This document shows positions 52,506 through 61,741 of a stretch of DNA of 64,000 nt, in pieces. Under the pieces are notes generated by a model. The model saw only the letters and a program-made list of their open reading frames with translations, had not been told where the DNA came from and did no database searches. Position 1 is the first letter of the stretch; the number at the start of each line of letters is the position of its first letter. Where the stretch lies: positions 19,477 to 83,476 of the forward strand of contig JAWDMM010000001.1 of assembly GCA_046536595.1 (NCBI GenBank). The letters run 5' to 3'. The DNA is from Nitrososphaeria archaeon (GTDB lineage: Archaea; Thermoproteota; Nitrososphaeria; Conexivisphaerales; UBA164). Both the position numbers and the translations under genes were made by a program.

Positions 52506-53552
52506 TCAAGATTTATTTTCAGTAAAGGTCTTGTACGCTCCATTTATTAATTCTTCAACGTGAGTTTTGAGCTCGGTGTTTTTACTTGCAAAATATCTTT
52601 TTGTTTGCTCAATGACCTTTGTCAGATCCATTGGTGTGCCATAAAATAAAAAGGGTGCTATGTCACTGTCAACAGTTCCTGATACATGAGAAAACGGCCC
52701 TATGGTCTTACCGCTCATTATCGAAGTGTTTATCGAGGCTCTTACAAAATCACCGATAAACGCTCCTACCTTTATTTTGCCGGTATCAACTTTTTTTCTA
52801 CCATTAAAAACTCTGATCGTTCCGTAAGTATTTTTTAAATTGCTTGTAGTGGTTCCTGCTCCCAAATTTGAATAACTGCCTATATAACTATCACCAACAA
52901 AGCCGAAATGCACTTTGTTTGCAAAATCTTCTACTATTGATCTTTCCAGCTCGCCACCTATTCTGCAATTTTTTCCTATATAAGATGCGGTGACCTTTGC
53001 AAAAGAAATTACAGAACCGGTTGAAATATAGGCTGGGCCATAGATTACAGTCATAGCTTCGATCCTAGCACCTTTTTCAACAATAACTGGACCCTTTGAA
53101 TCATCTATTGTAGAAAATTTGTTTACTTCACCTTCTATCGAACTTTTTTCAAAGGGTGGACTGAAAAGAGAACCTGTAATTTCCCATGAACCTTTAAAAA
53201 GAAAACCGTTAACTTCCTTTTTTACTGAATTTTTTACAGATCCTTTTGAAGCTACAAGCGTACTGTTTTCCCATAAAGATTCCCCATCCTTTAGCTGATC
53301 AAGCGCCTCTCGGATACGTTCTGGCTTAATTCTTGAGTTTATTATGGCATCGAAGTTTTTTGCCTCTTTGAGTTCATAAGCGTCAATTATATATTCAGGG
53401 GCTATAAACCCTTCAATTTCTCCAACTTCTTCCTTTATCCATTCTATTAATTTTCTGTATCTATATATAATAAAAGAAGAAGGTTTTACGAGTGAAAATG
53501 GATAAAAACCGTCCGGATAGGCCTCTTCGTAAACTGCATATTTTAACTTCAA
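52506..53552 (-). CDS. Left-handed beta-helix (hexapeptide-repeat) acyltransferase-like protein, GlmU C-terminal-like
   Basis: 348 aa. The C-terminal half carries hexapeptide-like repeats ('IGKNCRIGG', 'VGDSYIGSYSNLGAGT', 'VGAFIGDFVRASINTSI'). It overlaps the upstream nucleotidyltransferase gene by 4 nt. Confidence 0.6.
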   Translation of the reverse strand: MKLKYAVYEEAYPDGFYPFSLVKPSSFIIYRYRKLIEWIKEEVGEIEGFIAPEYIIDAYELKEAKNFDAIINSRIKPERIREALDQLKDGESLWENSTLVASKGSVKNSVKKEVNGFLFKGSWEITGSLFSPPFEKSSIEGEVNKFSTIDDSKGPVIVEKGARIEAMTVIYGPAYISTGSVISFAKVTASYIGKNCRIGGELERSIVEDFANKVHFGFVGDSYIGSYSNLGAGTTTSNLKNTYGTIRVFNGRKKVDTGKIKVGAFIGDFVRASINTSIMSGKTIGPFSHVSGTVDSDIAPFLFYGTPMDLTKVIEQTKRYFASKNTELKTHVEELINGAYKTFTENKS

Positions 53553-54241
53553 GGAATCTCCCCAAATTTTTCAGCAAATTCAAAAGCCGCTTTTTTATAA
53601 GAACTAACGTTTCCCACGTCAACAAAGGATTCAACGTCATAAATCAGAACTTTTTCTTTGGCCTTTATTGCATTCATTACCGCGTTATTCATCCCATATT
53701 TTTGCTCCGGTATGTATCTTAAAAATTCAGGTTCAAACACAAAAGCACCAGCGGCAACCCTGTAGTACAGCTCTGGCTTTTCTTTCCATTCTTTCATAAA
53801 CCCTTTCTCTTCATCTATAACCCCGTATCTTAGCTTTTCTTTTATTTTGGCAGTTAGAACAGTTACCACGGCTGAGTTTTTCCTGTGAACTTTTATAACA
53901 TCATCAATGTTAGCATTTATGAGCGAATCAGAATAACTTACAAAAAAGGTATCAAGCTCATCCTTAGCAACCCACTTGAGCTGCCCTGCTGTTCCCAGAG
54001 GCTTTTCTGAACTGTTTATCTTTAGCTTTGTTCCTTTATAGCTATCTTTAAGCACAAGTTCATATGCCCACTTTCTTCCGCTTATAGCGATTATTATTTC
54101 TTCAAAATCATAGCTTGTTAACCAGTCAAGAATATGCTCTATTACCGTTTTTGAACCAAGCGTAAGGAGTGGTTTGGGGAGAATGAGGCTGTACGGATAC
54201 AGCCTCGTGCCAAGCCCTCCAGCGAGTATGTAAGCTCTCAT
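53549..54241 (-). CDS. Sugar-1-phosphate nucleotidyltransferase
   Basis: 230 aa with the N-terminal 'ILAGGLGTRLYPYSLILPKPLL'. Confidence 0.8.
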   Translation of the reverse strand: MRAYILAGGLGTRLYPYSLILPKPLLTLGSKTVIEHILDWLTSYDFEEIIIAISGRKWAYELVLKDSYKGTKLKINSSEKPLGTAGQLKWVAKDELDTFFVSYSDSLINANIDDVIKVHRKNSAVVTVLTAKIKEKLRYGVIDEEKGFMKEWKEKPELYYRVAAGAFVFEPEFLRYIPEQKYGMNNAVMNAIKAKEKVLIYDVESFVDVGNVSSYKKAAFEFAEKFGEIP

Positions 54242-54293
54242 ATTTTAAACAAAGCAAATCAATCGATAAAAACTTTTTCAGAGCTAACGCCTT

Positions 54294-54689
54294 CTACCAT
54301 CTTGAAAGACATTTTATGTTAACTTCAGAATTCCTGTTGAAAAAAAGGCTTCTTTCCGGTATGCAGTCCAGCCTGTAAAACTCTTCACGCATCTTTTTTC
54401 CTTTAACCTTCAAGAACTTAATAGCAAGCACAGCTTCTTTTCTTCTATATGCGCCAAACATTTCAAGAAAACTAAAAAGCCTGGTTATTTCAGCTAATGG
54501 AACATATATTTTATCGTCTTTCGAAGCTTTTGCTTCTACAGCTACGATCATGTTTTTTTGATCGTTTATCGCTAAAACATCTGGAAGGTGCACTGATGGG
54601 CTTCCGAGCCTAATAGCTTTCCAGCCTTTTTTTATAAAAATTTTGACGACCTTGTCTTCCCAGTCATAACCCCTTTTTTTGTTACCCAT
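54294..54689 (-). CDS. hjc: Holliday junction resolvase Hjc
   Basis: 131 aa. 'KRGYDWEDKVVKIFIKKGWKAIRLGSPS...LPDVLAIN...IVAVEAKAS' is the PD-(D/E)xK core in the Hjc arrangement. Confidence 0.75.
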   Translation of the reverse strand: MGNKKRGYDWEDKVVKIFIKKGWKAIRLGSPSVHLPDVLAINDQKNMIVAVEAKASKDDKIYVPLAEITRLFSFLEMFGAYRRKEAVLAIKFLKVKGKKMREEFYRLDCIPERSLFFNRNSEVNIKCLSRW

Positions 54690-55644
54690 AGTTCAGACCG
54701 ACCTTTCTCCTGACGGTCTCCTGAGTTCTTGTAATAAAAGGGTTGACTTTTCTGTAGATTGAAAGAAAAATCGTTGATACGTCAATAACGAACAGCTTGT
54801 CTATGATGTCATCGTTTTTGCCTATGTTCATTTGATAAACCCTATGTCCTAACGCTTGCAGAGCTTCTGAAATAACTTTAAACCTTTCTGAAACCAGTTT
54901 GTCATCTTCTGCTGAACCGATCATCATGATCGGCATGTTATAATACATTTCCCATGCGGTTATACCATTATGTGCAACCTCCATTATGTTCTCATAAACA
55001 GAATGCAGTTTTGCGTTTTCACTAAGAAGGTACCTGAACCTTAAAGCATGGGCTTCGCCACCGTTCGAGTAATAAACCCCAACCAAGAATGAATTTTTTA
55101 AAAAATCAGCTATTTTTCTGGCCTGTTCACCAAGAGCTTCTTCTTTTTCCGAGAGCTTCTTAAAGTATAATCCTATGTTTTCTGTCATTTTTTGGTTCAA
55201 TATTTTATCCAGCAATGGAACAAGCCCTGACATTATGTACGGAAACCCTAACCTCGTGCTTTTTTCTTTATTTATCTTTACATAATTAATTTTTTCTTTG
55301 ATAGCAAATTCTTCTAACCTGCCACCGCCAGTAACTGCATATACTTGCATGCCTGACTGGAGCGCTTTCCTTGCGCATTCCAAAGTTTCAACCGTTTCTC
55401 CAGAATGGCTTACAACCACTATTGTTTCACCTTTATGCTTTTCGCTTGGCATTTCGCCCGGTTTTAAACACAAAATCTTATCCTCCCCATAAAAAAGTCC
55501 TGATATGAGCAGAGGTATCAGCGATGCACCGTAACCGCATCCAAAAACTTTGCTCGAAATGTTTACATCAAATTTGACATCGATGGGCGAAAACATTGAG
55601 TGCCATCTTTCATAAATCTCTAGCATATCTTCAGCTGAGCTCAT
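54682..55644 (-). CDS. Bifunctional phosphoglucose/phosphomannose isomerase (SIS family)
   Basis: 320 aa. 'VVVSHSGETVETL' is the SxSGxTxET motif. Size and layout match archaeal PGI/PMI. Confidence 0.75.
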   Translation of the reverse strand: MSSAEDMLEIYERWHSMFSPIDVKFDVNISSKVFGCGYGASLIPLLISGLFYGEDKILCLKPGEMPSEKHKGETIVVVSHSGETVETLECARKALQSGMQVYAVTGGGRLEEFAIKEKINYVKINKEKSTRLGFPYIMSGLVPLLDKILNQKMTENIGLYFKKLSEKEEALGEQARKIADFLKNSFLVGVYYSNGGEAHALRFRYLLSENAKLHSVYENIMEVAHNGITAWEMYYNMPIMMIGSAEDDKLVSERFKVISEALQALGHRVYQMNIGKNDDIIDKLFVIDVSTIFLSIYRKVNPFITRTQETVRRKVGLNYG

Positions 55645-55690
55645 GGTTAAATAAAATTTAAAGTGGCTTAAAATCTTTTGTTTTTTAAAT

Positions 55691-56779
55691 TTATGGAACG
55701 CCTATGGTGTTTCCTACACCAACAACAAGAACGCTATCTCCTTCTGAGGTTTTTTCTTCTATAAGGGATTTTACTTTCTCAACAGCTTGAAGTGCAGCCC
55801 TCCTTACATTATCGTTCATTTCACCTACAGCTTCTTTCAAGGACATCTTTACTATAAAAGCATGAATTGGAACATTATACTGTGTGGCGCTTTCCTCTAT
55901 CTTGAACCTGTCGTTTCCGGGTCCTCCCATGGCTACGCCAAATCCCTCGATCGTTTCTCCTGTTTCTTCCCCTTCTAGCTTCAGTCCTGCGTCTACAGTT
56001 ATTATGATTTTAGGCTTAAAGTTCTCAATTACCTTTTTCACGGCATCTCCTGGTCTTCCGACAGTAGAGCCTGGACCTTTTGCCTTTAGAACCAGCACCT
56101 TTCTTCCCTTATAGTCTGTTTCTGCTATTTCTGTATCTTCTTCAATTTCTTTAAACTGCGCACCGTTTGCGAGCTGCACTGCAACCAGAGGTCCTAGAGC
56201 ATCTCCTATACTTTTCCCGTTTATTATAGGATCAAGGCTAGCATAGTATGCTTCTGCTTCTTCCATTATAAAAGGAAGCATTACCTGCAGCATTATAAGC
56301 GAATAGTAATCATGATAGTTTTTCGCAGAAAGGTACTGGTGCCTGGCATACTTGTAAATCTCGTTCAAAGCCAGAGCGCTTTCAGCCAAACCGCTCAGGT
56401 TCTTGATCTGAACGTCATCAGCCTGGACCAGTGATTTTAGCCTTGTTATGAAAAATTTTTCGTACGTTTTTACTAACTGGTCAAGCTTTTCTATTATCCC
56501 ATGAGGATCGAGATCTGTTGGAGATATCATAAAAGAATTAACTATTATGTTGGCTTCGTTTTTTGCATCTTCTTCTTTGACGCCCCTATTTTTTAATTCG
56601 TTTATAAACCTGTCAAGAGAACCTTTGGCCATGTTCTCAAGAACATTAAGATGCTTTGATACGGACCTCATGTTAAGTTCAAGCTGAATCCTCTGACCAT
56701 ATGCTATGAAAACTACGATAAGCATTATCCAAATTATGTTTGAGATATAGACGATATCGTTCATAAATACGTTTGACAT
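55691..56779 (-). CDS. Membrane-anchored conserved archaeal protein, DUF1512-like (paralogue 2)
   Basis: 362 aa. It is collinear with ORF 10256-11386 (see that entry) and has an N-terminal TM helix 'IIWIMLIVVFIAYGQR'. Confidence 0.6.
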   Translation of the reverse strand: MSNVFMNDIVYISNIIWIMLIVVFIAYGQRIQLELNMRSVSKHLNVLENMAKGSLDRFINELKNRGVKEEDAKNEANIIVNSFMISPTDLDPHGIIEKLDQLVKTYEKFFITRLKSLVQADDVQIKNLSGLAESALALNEIYKYARHQYLSAKNYHDYYSLIMLQVMLPFIMEEAEAYYASLDPIINGKSIGDALGPLVAVQLANGAQFKEIEEDTEIAETDYKGRKVLVLKAKGPGSTVGRPGDAVKKVIENFKPKIIITVDAGLKLEGEETGETIEGFGVAMGGPGNDRFKIEESATQYNVPIHAFIVKMSLKEAVGEMNDNVRRAALQAVEKVKSLIEEKTSEGDSVLVVGVGNTIGVP

Positions 56780-56823
56780 GCTCTAAAAATAGGCTACATA
56801 AGAATTAAATAAACATTGCTAAA

Positions 56824-57558
56824 TTAATGCATGTATTTGCTGAACATCTTTTCTATCAGTTCGTGATCCAGCTTTTCATACGTCTCTGTAGTACCTACGT
56901 CAATCCAGTAAGAGTTAGTTATGTAACCTCCAACGCTCTGATCCTTTACAAGAGAGGACACCATGTCGCCCATAATGTCTACTTCACCTTTATAATTTGA
57001 AAATTTCTTTATTGCTTCTGTTTTCATTACAAGGACTCCTATTGTCGGATTTATGTTTATGGATGGCTTTTCTTTAAACGAAACGACTCTTTCTCCATTT
57101 ATTTCGGCCACCCCAACGGGAAGCTTATAATGATCTGAAACTGCTATAGTTGCAGAGAATTTTTTATCCTTGTGAAATTTAAGAAGTTCAGCCAGGTTCA
57201 TTTCTGTAAGTATGTCTGAGTAATAGATGAGCACATCTTCATAACCGTCAAATTTTCCAGCTCTGTAAGCGTTTATAAGCGCTCCTCCGTTACCCTTTAA
57301 TTCTTCGTTGTCATATGAATAATCTACTTTTATTCCAAAATTTGAGCCGTCGCGAAAATAGTTCACTATTTGCTCTGCTTTATATCCTACTAGCATCGTT
57401 ATTTCTTTTATTTGATGAGATTTTAAATAATAGATTATAAATTCGAGTATAGGTTTTTGAGATGTACCTATAGGTAACATCGTCTTCTGAAAATAGTAGG
57501 TCAATGGCCTTAAACGGGAACCTGTACCTCCGCATAAAAGGGCAGCTTTAACACTCAT
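56824..57558 (-). CDS. Sugar-1-phosphate nucleotidyltransferase
   Basis: 244 aa with the N-terminal 'LLCGGTGSRLRPLTYYFQKTML'. Confidence 0.8.
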   Translation of the reverse strand: MSVKAALLCGGTGSRLRPLTYYFQKTMLPIGTSQKPILEFIIYYLKSHQIKEITMLVGYKAEQIVNYFRDGSNFGIKVDYSYDNEELKGNGGALINAYRAGKFDGYEDVLIYYSDILTEMNLAELLKFHKDKKFSATIAVSDHYKLPVGVAEINGERVVSFKEKPSININPTIGVLVMKTEAIKKFSNYKGEVDIMGDMVSSLVKDQSVGGYITNSYWIDVGTTETYEKLDHELIEKMFSKYMH

Positions 57559-57592
57559 TAGCTTCTATACGTTCTTTGTGCTATAAAAATTT

Positions 57593-58048
57593 TTAAGCGT
57601 CTATTTTTTCCAGCTTTTCCAGTATAGAATTGACCTGCTCATAAAGCACGTCTAGCTCGTCCTTTTCTACATTTTTTTCTTCTTCCTTGCTTTCTTTAAT
57701 TTCAACTTGGTTTTTTTCCATTTCTTTCTTGAGCTCGTCAAGTCTCCTGTCAATTTCAGAAATTTTTTCATTTATTATGTTCAACAGTTGATCTCTTAAC
57801 AGTTGAAGCTCTTTGACCTCTATTAAAGTAGAGATCTTGGAGATTTCTTTGTTTACTGATTTTAATTCTTCCTTGTATTTTTCAATAAGTTTGTTTTTTA
57901 TATCGGGATCTAAATCCTGCATGCTGTAAACCCTCAAAAGTGCATCTGAAACTATTTCTTTTTGAAACTTCAGAATGTTTAACTTTCTTTTGGCTTCATC
58001 TTCTGTCATTTCTGCCCTTTCCTTTTTGCCAAATATATTGAATTTCAA
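57593..58048 (-). CDS. K/E-rich coiled-coil protein (151 aa)
   Basis: ORF with heptad-like composition and a TTG start. No family was recognised. Confidence 0.4.
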   Translation of the reverse strand: MKFNIFGKKERAEMTEDEAKRKLNILKFQKEIVSDALLRVYSMQDLDPDIKNKLIEKYKEELKSVNKEISKISTLIEVKELQLLRDQLLNIINEKISEIDRRLDELKKEMEKNQVEIKESKEEEKNVEKDELDVLYEQVNSILEKLEKIDA

Positions 58049-58099
58049 GCTTATACGGTTATTAGAGAAACTGCGGGTTTAAAAGTTTTTAACTTACTG

Positions 58100-58433
58100 A
58101 AGGCTAAGTGTGAGGAAGTTTCATTCTACTAGCTGACAGATATTTTGCAAAAAAGCGACAAACCTACGAGATCTACACAATGTGAATTACCCTGACCTTA
58201 TGGCCATGGCTTCCCGGTTCATCGATACGCTTACGTGTGGAATACTTGAAAAGTATTCCATCATAGCAGAGGCGTTTTCATCTCAGAGCGTCTCGCCTGT
58301 GTCCCACAGGCAAAGCCTCTCCTTCATAATAACCAAAGCTGAAGTCACATTCCTGTCAGAGTTAAAACAGGGGCAAGTGAACTCCCTTTCAAACATATCA
58401 AGCTTAACGCATTTTCTGCAAACAGGAAAAACT
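58100..58433 (-). pseudogene. 3' relic of a second, unrelated IS200/IS605 tnpB (zinc finger plus RuvC-III) with a downstream structured region
   Basis: The minus-strand frame reads *VFPVCRKCVKLDMFEREFTCPCFNSDRNVTSALVIMKERLCLWDTGETL*, a decayed match to the TnpB 'C..CG...R.F.C..CG...DRDvNAA.NI' motif. Downstream lies a perfect hairpin tggaatact-tgaaa-agtattcca (58237-58259). The left boundary near 58100 is approximate. Confidence 0.6.
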
Positions 58434-58500
58434 CATGAAAAATTATATCGTAATATATTAGAATGAGTCCCACTCACAAATTTATTTATCCAATTACTGA

Positions 58501-59514
58501 CTAAACCGTTGCCCGTATAATTTTCTGTGCATCTACTTTATCTTTTATTCTATTTTCAAAAATTTCGTCGCATATTAGCAAAAGTTCTTCTTTTGTTAGC
58601 TGATAATTAAGTATGTAGCTCTCAAGCCTCTCTATGCTTAAAAGTTTTGTCTGTGAAAAGAACTCGTTTAGCTTTTCAATAAGTTTGGCTCTAAAATATT
58701 CTGATTCGCCTAGCATTTCATATGTATCAATGTCCCAGACAATATATACGGATGCCTTTGTAGGTTTTATAGATAAACTCTTAACCCTTTCTTTGATCTT
58801 GTCAAGAATAACCAGCGCAAAATCTTCAGCTGATTTCATGTAAATCTTTGAAAGACCGCTTAAAGGTGAATTTTTCCCAAAACTGTTAGGAATTAAAGAG
58901 AGCGTATAATAACCTTTAACATAATATGAGTAAAATATTTGAGCTTTCCCCTTAAGCCAGACTTTCCTGAACTTTTCTGTAAATGCGTCTAAAGCGTCAA
59001 GAAGAAACCTTTCTTCTGCCCTGTTAAGATCAGATGTTTGACCCATCCATGATTCTTTTTTCCCCTCAAAAGAACTAGCTAAAACTGATGGGCTCCCTAC
59101 AGGAAAATAATGAAATCCAAAATCCTTTCCTGCCCTTAGACCGCTTACTGCTTCAATTATTTCTATCATTTGTTCGTTTTTACCAATTTCAACAGGTAGG
59201 AGATTTATAAAGTGCTGACCCTTATTTATGTTTCCTGCTACGTATTTTAAATGAAACGTTATAAAAGGCCAATCTGATACGACCTTTAATTTTGGGCCAA
59301 AAAAAATAAAGCTTGCCCCGTTTATAGTTATGTCTGCCGGAATAAGATCTATGATATCACTGTTAAACGATGTATTAGTCGCGTTTTTTTCGTAAGAATT
59401 TGCAAACCTTGTATTCTCATCCACTATCATAAACGGTTCATTTTTAAGCATGGTGTTAACTAAGGTTATACCTTCTGTAGAATATCCATAGAGAACGGCT
59501 TTAGTGTTTTTCAC
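58501..59514 (-). CDS. Hypothetical protein (337 aa), possibly a degenerate nucleotide-sugar dehydrogenase-like fold
   Basis: Long ORF. The N-terminal 'KAVLYGYSTEGITLVNTML...MIVDEN' looks like a Rossmann beta-alpha-beta that has lost GxGxxG. This call is weak. Confidence 0.35.
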   Translation of the reverse strand: MKNTKAVLYGYSTEGITLVNTMLKNEPFMIVDENTRFANSYEKNATNTSFNSDIIDLIPADITINGASFIFFGPKLKVVSDWPFITFHLKYVAGNINKGQHFINLLPVEIGKNEQMIEIIEAVSGLRAGKDFGFHYFPVGSPSVLASSFEGKKESWMGQTSDLNRAEERFLLDALDAFTEKFRKVWLKGKAQIFYSYYVKGYYTLSLIPNSFGKNSPLSGLSKIYMKSAEDFALVILDKIKERVKSLSIKPTKASVYIVWDIDTYEMLGESEYFRAKLIEKLNEFFSQTKLLSIERLESYILNYQLTKEELLLICDEIFENRIKDKVDAQKIIRATV

Positions 59515-59667
59515 CTATGATATCTTCATGACACTAACTTATGAACATAACGCATCCAATTTGAACTTTGAATTTCAGGGTTTAACGCACAATAGTTTTC
59601 GAAACATTTAATTTAGAAATTTTTCATTTATTGTTTTCTCAATTATTGTTATTTCTTTTATAGTGGT

Positions 59668-60432
59668 CTAAAGACCTAGCCTTAAAATCAGAAAGGCTTC
59701 CAATATAGCGGAAAGATAAAGCAAAGCTAAAGATGCAGCAAAATATGCAAAGGCTTTGATGTAAAGAGTTTTTCTGGGAACCGTTGACTCTGCACCATAG
59801 AATGCTAAGGCTTTAAAAAGATACAACCCGCCTATCAAAGATAAAATGTAAGAGCTAAATTCTGTAAAAGTATCAGGCGCGATAATCACTGCAAAAGGTC
59901 CAAGAAACCAGTATGGATTCCTTGAGAAAAATTGAGTGAAAGACAACCCCCATACAACGGAACTTGTGTTTATTATCGATATTCCCAACACAAACGGGCC
60001 TATAAACGGAATAAAACTTGCGATATCTATCTTTGCATTGTTAAGAAATATAGCTGTTGCCATAGATAAGACTGTTGGGTAACCAGTCCTTATGGAAACT
60101 ATTGTCTGGTTAGCCTGATTAACCACGGCAGGAAGCATCCGTGCCATATAATAACCAGGCATCGCGCCAATAAAAGCAAGAAGCGAATAAAAAAGCAAAA
60201 TGGATCCAACATAAACCCTTAAAGACCTGAAAGATTCAGAAGAATAAACAGAAAAAGTAAAGATCAAAGCCAGAATTACAGAAAAAGCATACCAGTAAAT
60301 CTCAGCCAGTGATGAATATGAAAAAAGCAGAATCCCTAGCCAAAACAGAACAAACGAAATAACTGTAACAATTGGAATAAGAAAATAAGGTTTTTCTATG
60401 TTCAAGAACTTGCTTATGTTTGATCTTTCCAT
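59668..60432 (-). CDS. Polytopic membrane protein, DUF95/SpoIIM-like
   Basis: 254 aa with 6-7 TM helices. 'IFLNNAKIDIASFIPFIGPFVLGISIINTSSVVWG' and 'PDTFTEFSSYILSLIGG' resemble the DUF95 motifs. Confidence 0.5.
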   Translation of the reverse strand: MERSNISKFLNIEKPYFLIPIVTVISFVLFWLGILLFSYSSLAEIYWYAFSVILALIFTFSVYSSESFRSLRVYVGSILLFYSLLAFIGAMPGYYMARMLPAVVNQANQTIVSIRTGYPTVLSMATAIFLNNAKIDIASFIPFIGPFVLGISIINTSSVVWGLSFTQFFSRNPYWFLGPFAVIIAPDTFTEFSSYILSLIGGLYLFKALAFYGAESTVPRKTLYIKAFAYFAASLALLYLSAILEAFLILRLGL

Positions 60433-60471
60433 TACGTTATTGTTTTTTAAAATTATGCGTTTAAACGTTGC

Positions 60472-61614
60472 TTATAATTTTGTCTTTATTTCATTTTCTG
60501 ATGCTTTTTCCTTTTTCTTAAGAATCATGGTTGCGAGTTTTCCTTCAAAGTCGCTCAAGATATAAGAATATACTATCTTTGCTTCGTCGGGATCTGCTAT
60601 AAGTTTGGCTCTTCTTGTATTTTCACCTATAAGAGAATAAAATAAATCTGCCTGCATCAATATCCTCCACACTTGTAAGAGTTTCTGATCTCCAAGCCAC
60701 TTTACATATTGATAAAGGGCACACATCTTGTCCATGAGCATTGTCTGTGACTTGCTCCTGTACCATAAAGGAGAACCGTCACTGTAAGACGTGTTAAAGA
60801 GATATGGCTTCTGAGGAGCATACAGCGTGCCTGTTGTGGGGTTCTTTACTGGAGGAATATAAGCAAGATCAAGCCCGCCGTTATAAATATAGTTGCCAAC
60901 GACTTCTGCGTATTTCTGTCCCTTTGTGGCTATCTCTTCTGCGCTGATAAATATTATACCATCTTTGTTTCCTATATTTTCAAAAGAACCTGTGGTCAAA
61001 GCTTCAGAAAGTTCTCTATTTCTTATGGCTATCCTGAGATCCCCTGATACATTAGTATATACAAACCTGTGGTCTGTAAAACCGTTTACTTCTTCCGTTA
61101 TTAGCGTTTCGATACCTGCAGCTTTTGCCCCTTTTTCTGCAGATTCATTATAAATCAGGTAAGGCATGACGCACGCTGAGGCTTTGTTAAGTCCGTATTT
61201 GCTTGTAAGGTCTGATACAAGCTTTAACTGTTCTCCTATCTCTTCACCAGAATTTTCGCAAAGCGGATAGAGCCCACCATAAAAGGTACTGGGTATAACC
61301 TTTAGCATGCCCGTTGATGAAGCAGCATAAATTTGTTTAAAGAGCTCCTGATCATATTTATAAGCCATCTCAAGGAAAACGCCTGTAGTTGAAATGTACA
61401 CGGGCATGTTTAATTTGGCTGCAGTTAAAAGCGAATTTACCAGAGGTCTGTACGAATTTTTATCATAATATTCAAACATCTCTTTAACCATCTTGTTATC
61501 AAAGTATCTTTCAACTATGTTTAACTCATGAATTATTCTGACAAACCGTTCGCTAACAAAAAGTCTATTTAAAGGTAACGGAGGATCAAAACTAACTATA
61601 AGTGAAGATGCCAT
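60472..61614 (-). CDS. GH57-like protein (possibly non-canonical)
   Basis: 380 aa. 'YRPLVNSLL...PVYISTTGVFLEMA...GMLKVIPSTFYGGLYPL' parallels the GH57 N-terminal pattern (Y.P.l..l...isG.lleql...G.vE.l.t.yyH.ilPl) but differs at several canonical residues. The call is from memory only. Confidence 0.4.
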   Translation of the reverse strand: MASSLIVSFDPPLPLNRLFVSERFVRIIHELNIVERYFDNKMVKEMFEYYDKNSYRPLVNSLLTAAKLNMPVYISTTGVFLEMAYKYDQELFKQIYAASSTGMLKVIPSTFYGGLYPLCENSGEEIGEQLKLVSDLTSKYGLNKASACVMPYLIYNESAEKGAKAAGIETLITEEVNGFTDHRFVYTNVSGDLRIAIRNRELSEALTTGSFENIGNKDGIIFISAEEIATKGQKYAEVVGNYIYNGGLDLAYIPPVKNPTTGTLYAPQKPYLFNTSYSDGSPLWYRSKSQTMLMDKMCALYQYVKWLGDQKLLQVWRILMQADLFYSLIGENTRRAKLIADPDEAKIVYSYILSDFEGKLATMILKKKEKASENEIKTKL

Positions 61615-61741
61615 TCTATATTTAATAAAAACTAAAATTTCTTTAAAAGAATAATTGTCAAAGTTACTTAACCACGGAAAGCAATAATGTTGAGTTTGTT
61701 TTTATTATAAAATTTATATTTGAGACTTTTTTAAAAATGTC

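Noticed and set aside
58270-58300. A TPP-riboswitch-like 'cucugaga' in the minus-strand RNA of the 58-kb relic. TPP riboswitches are known in Thermoplasmatales.
   Set aside because: The other invariant elements (the ACCUGAUCUGGAUAAUGCCAGCG-type pyrophosphate-sensor helix and the GGGGUGC stem) are absent, and the context is a tnpB 3' end.
58182-58466. Track ORF (94 aa, plus strand) as a gene.
   Set aside because: It is the antisense shadow of the tnpB 3' relic. The opposite strand carries the recognisable zinc-finger and RuvC-III motif.
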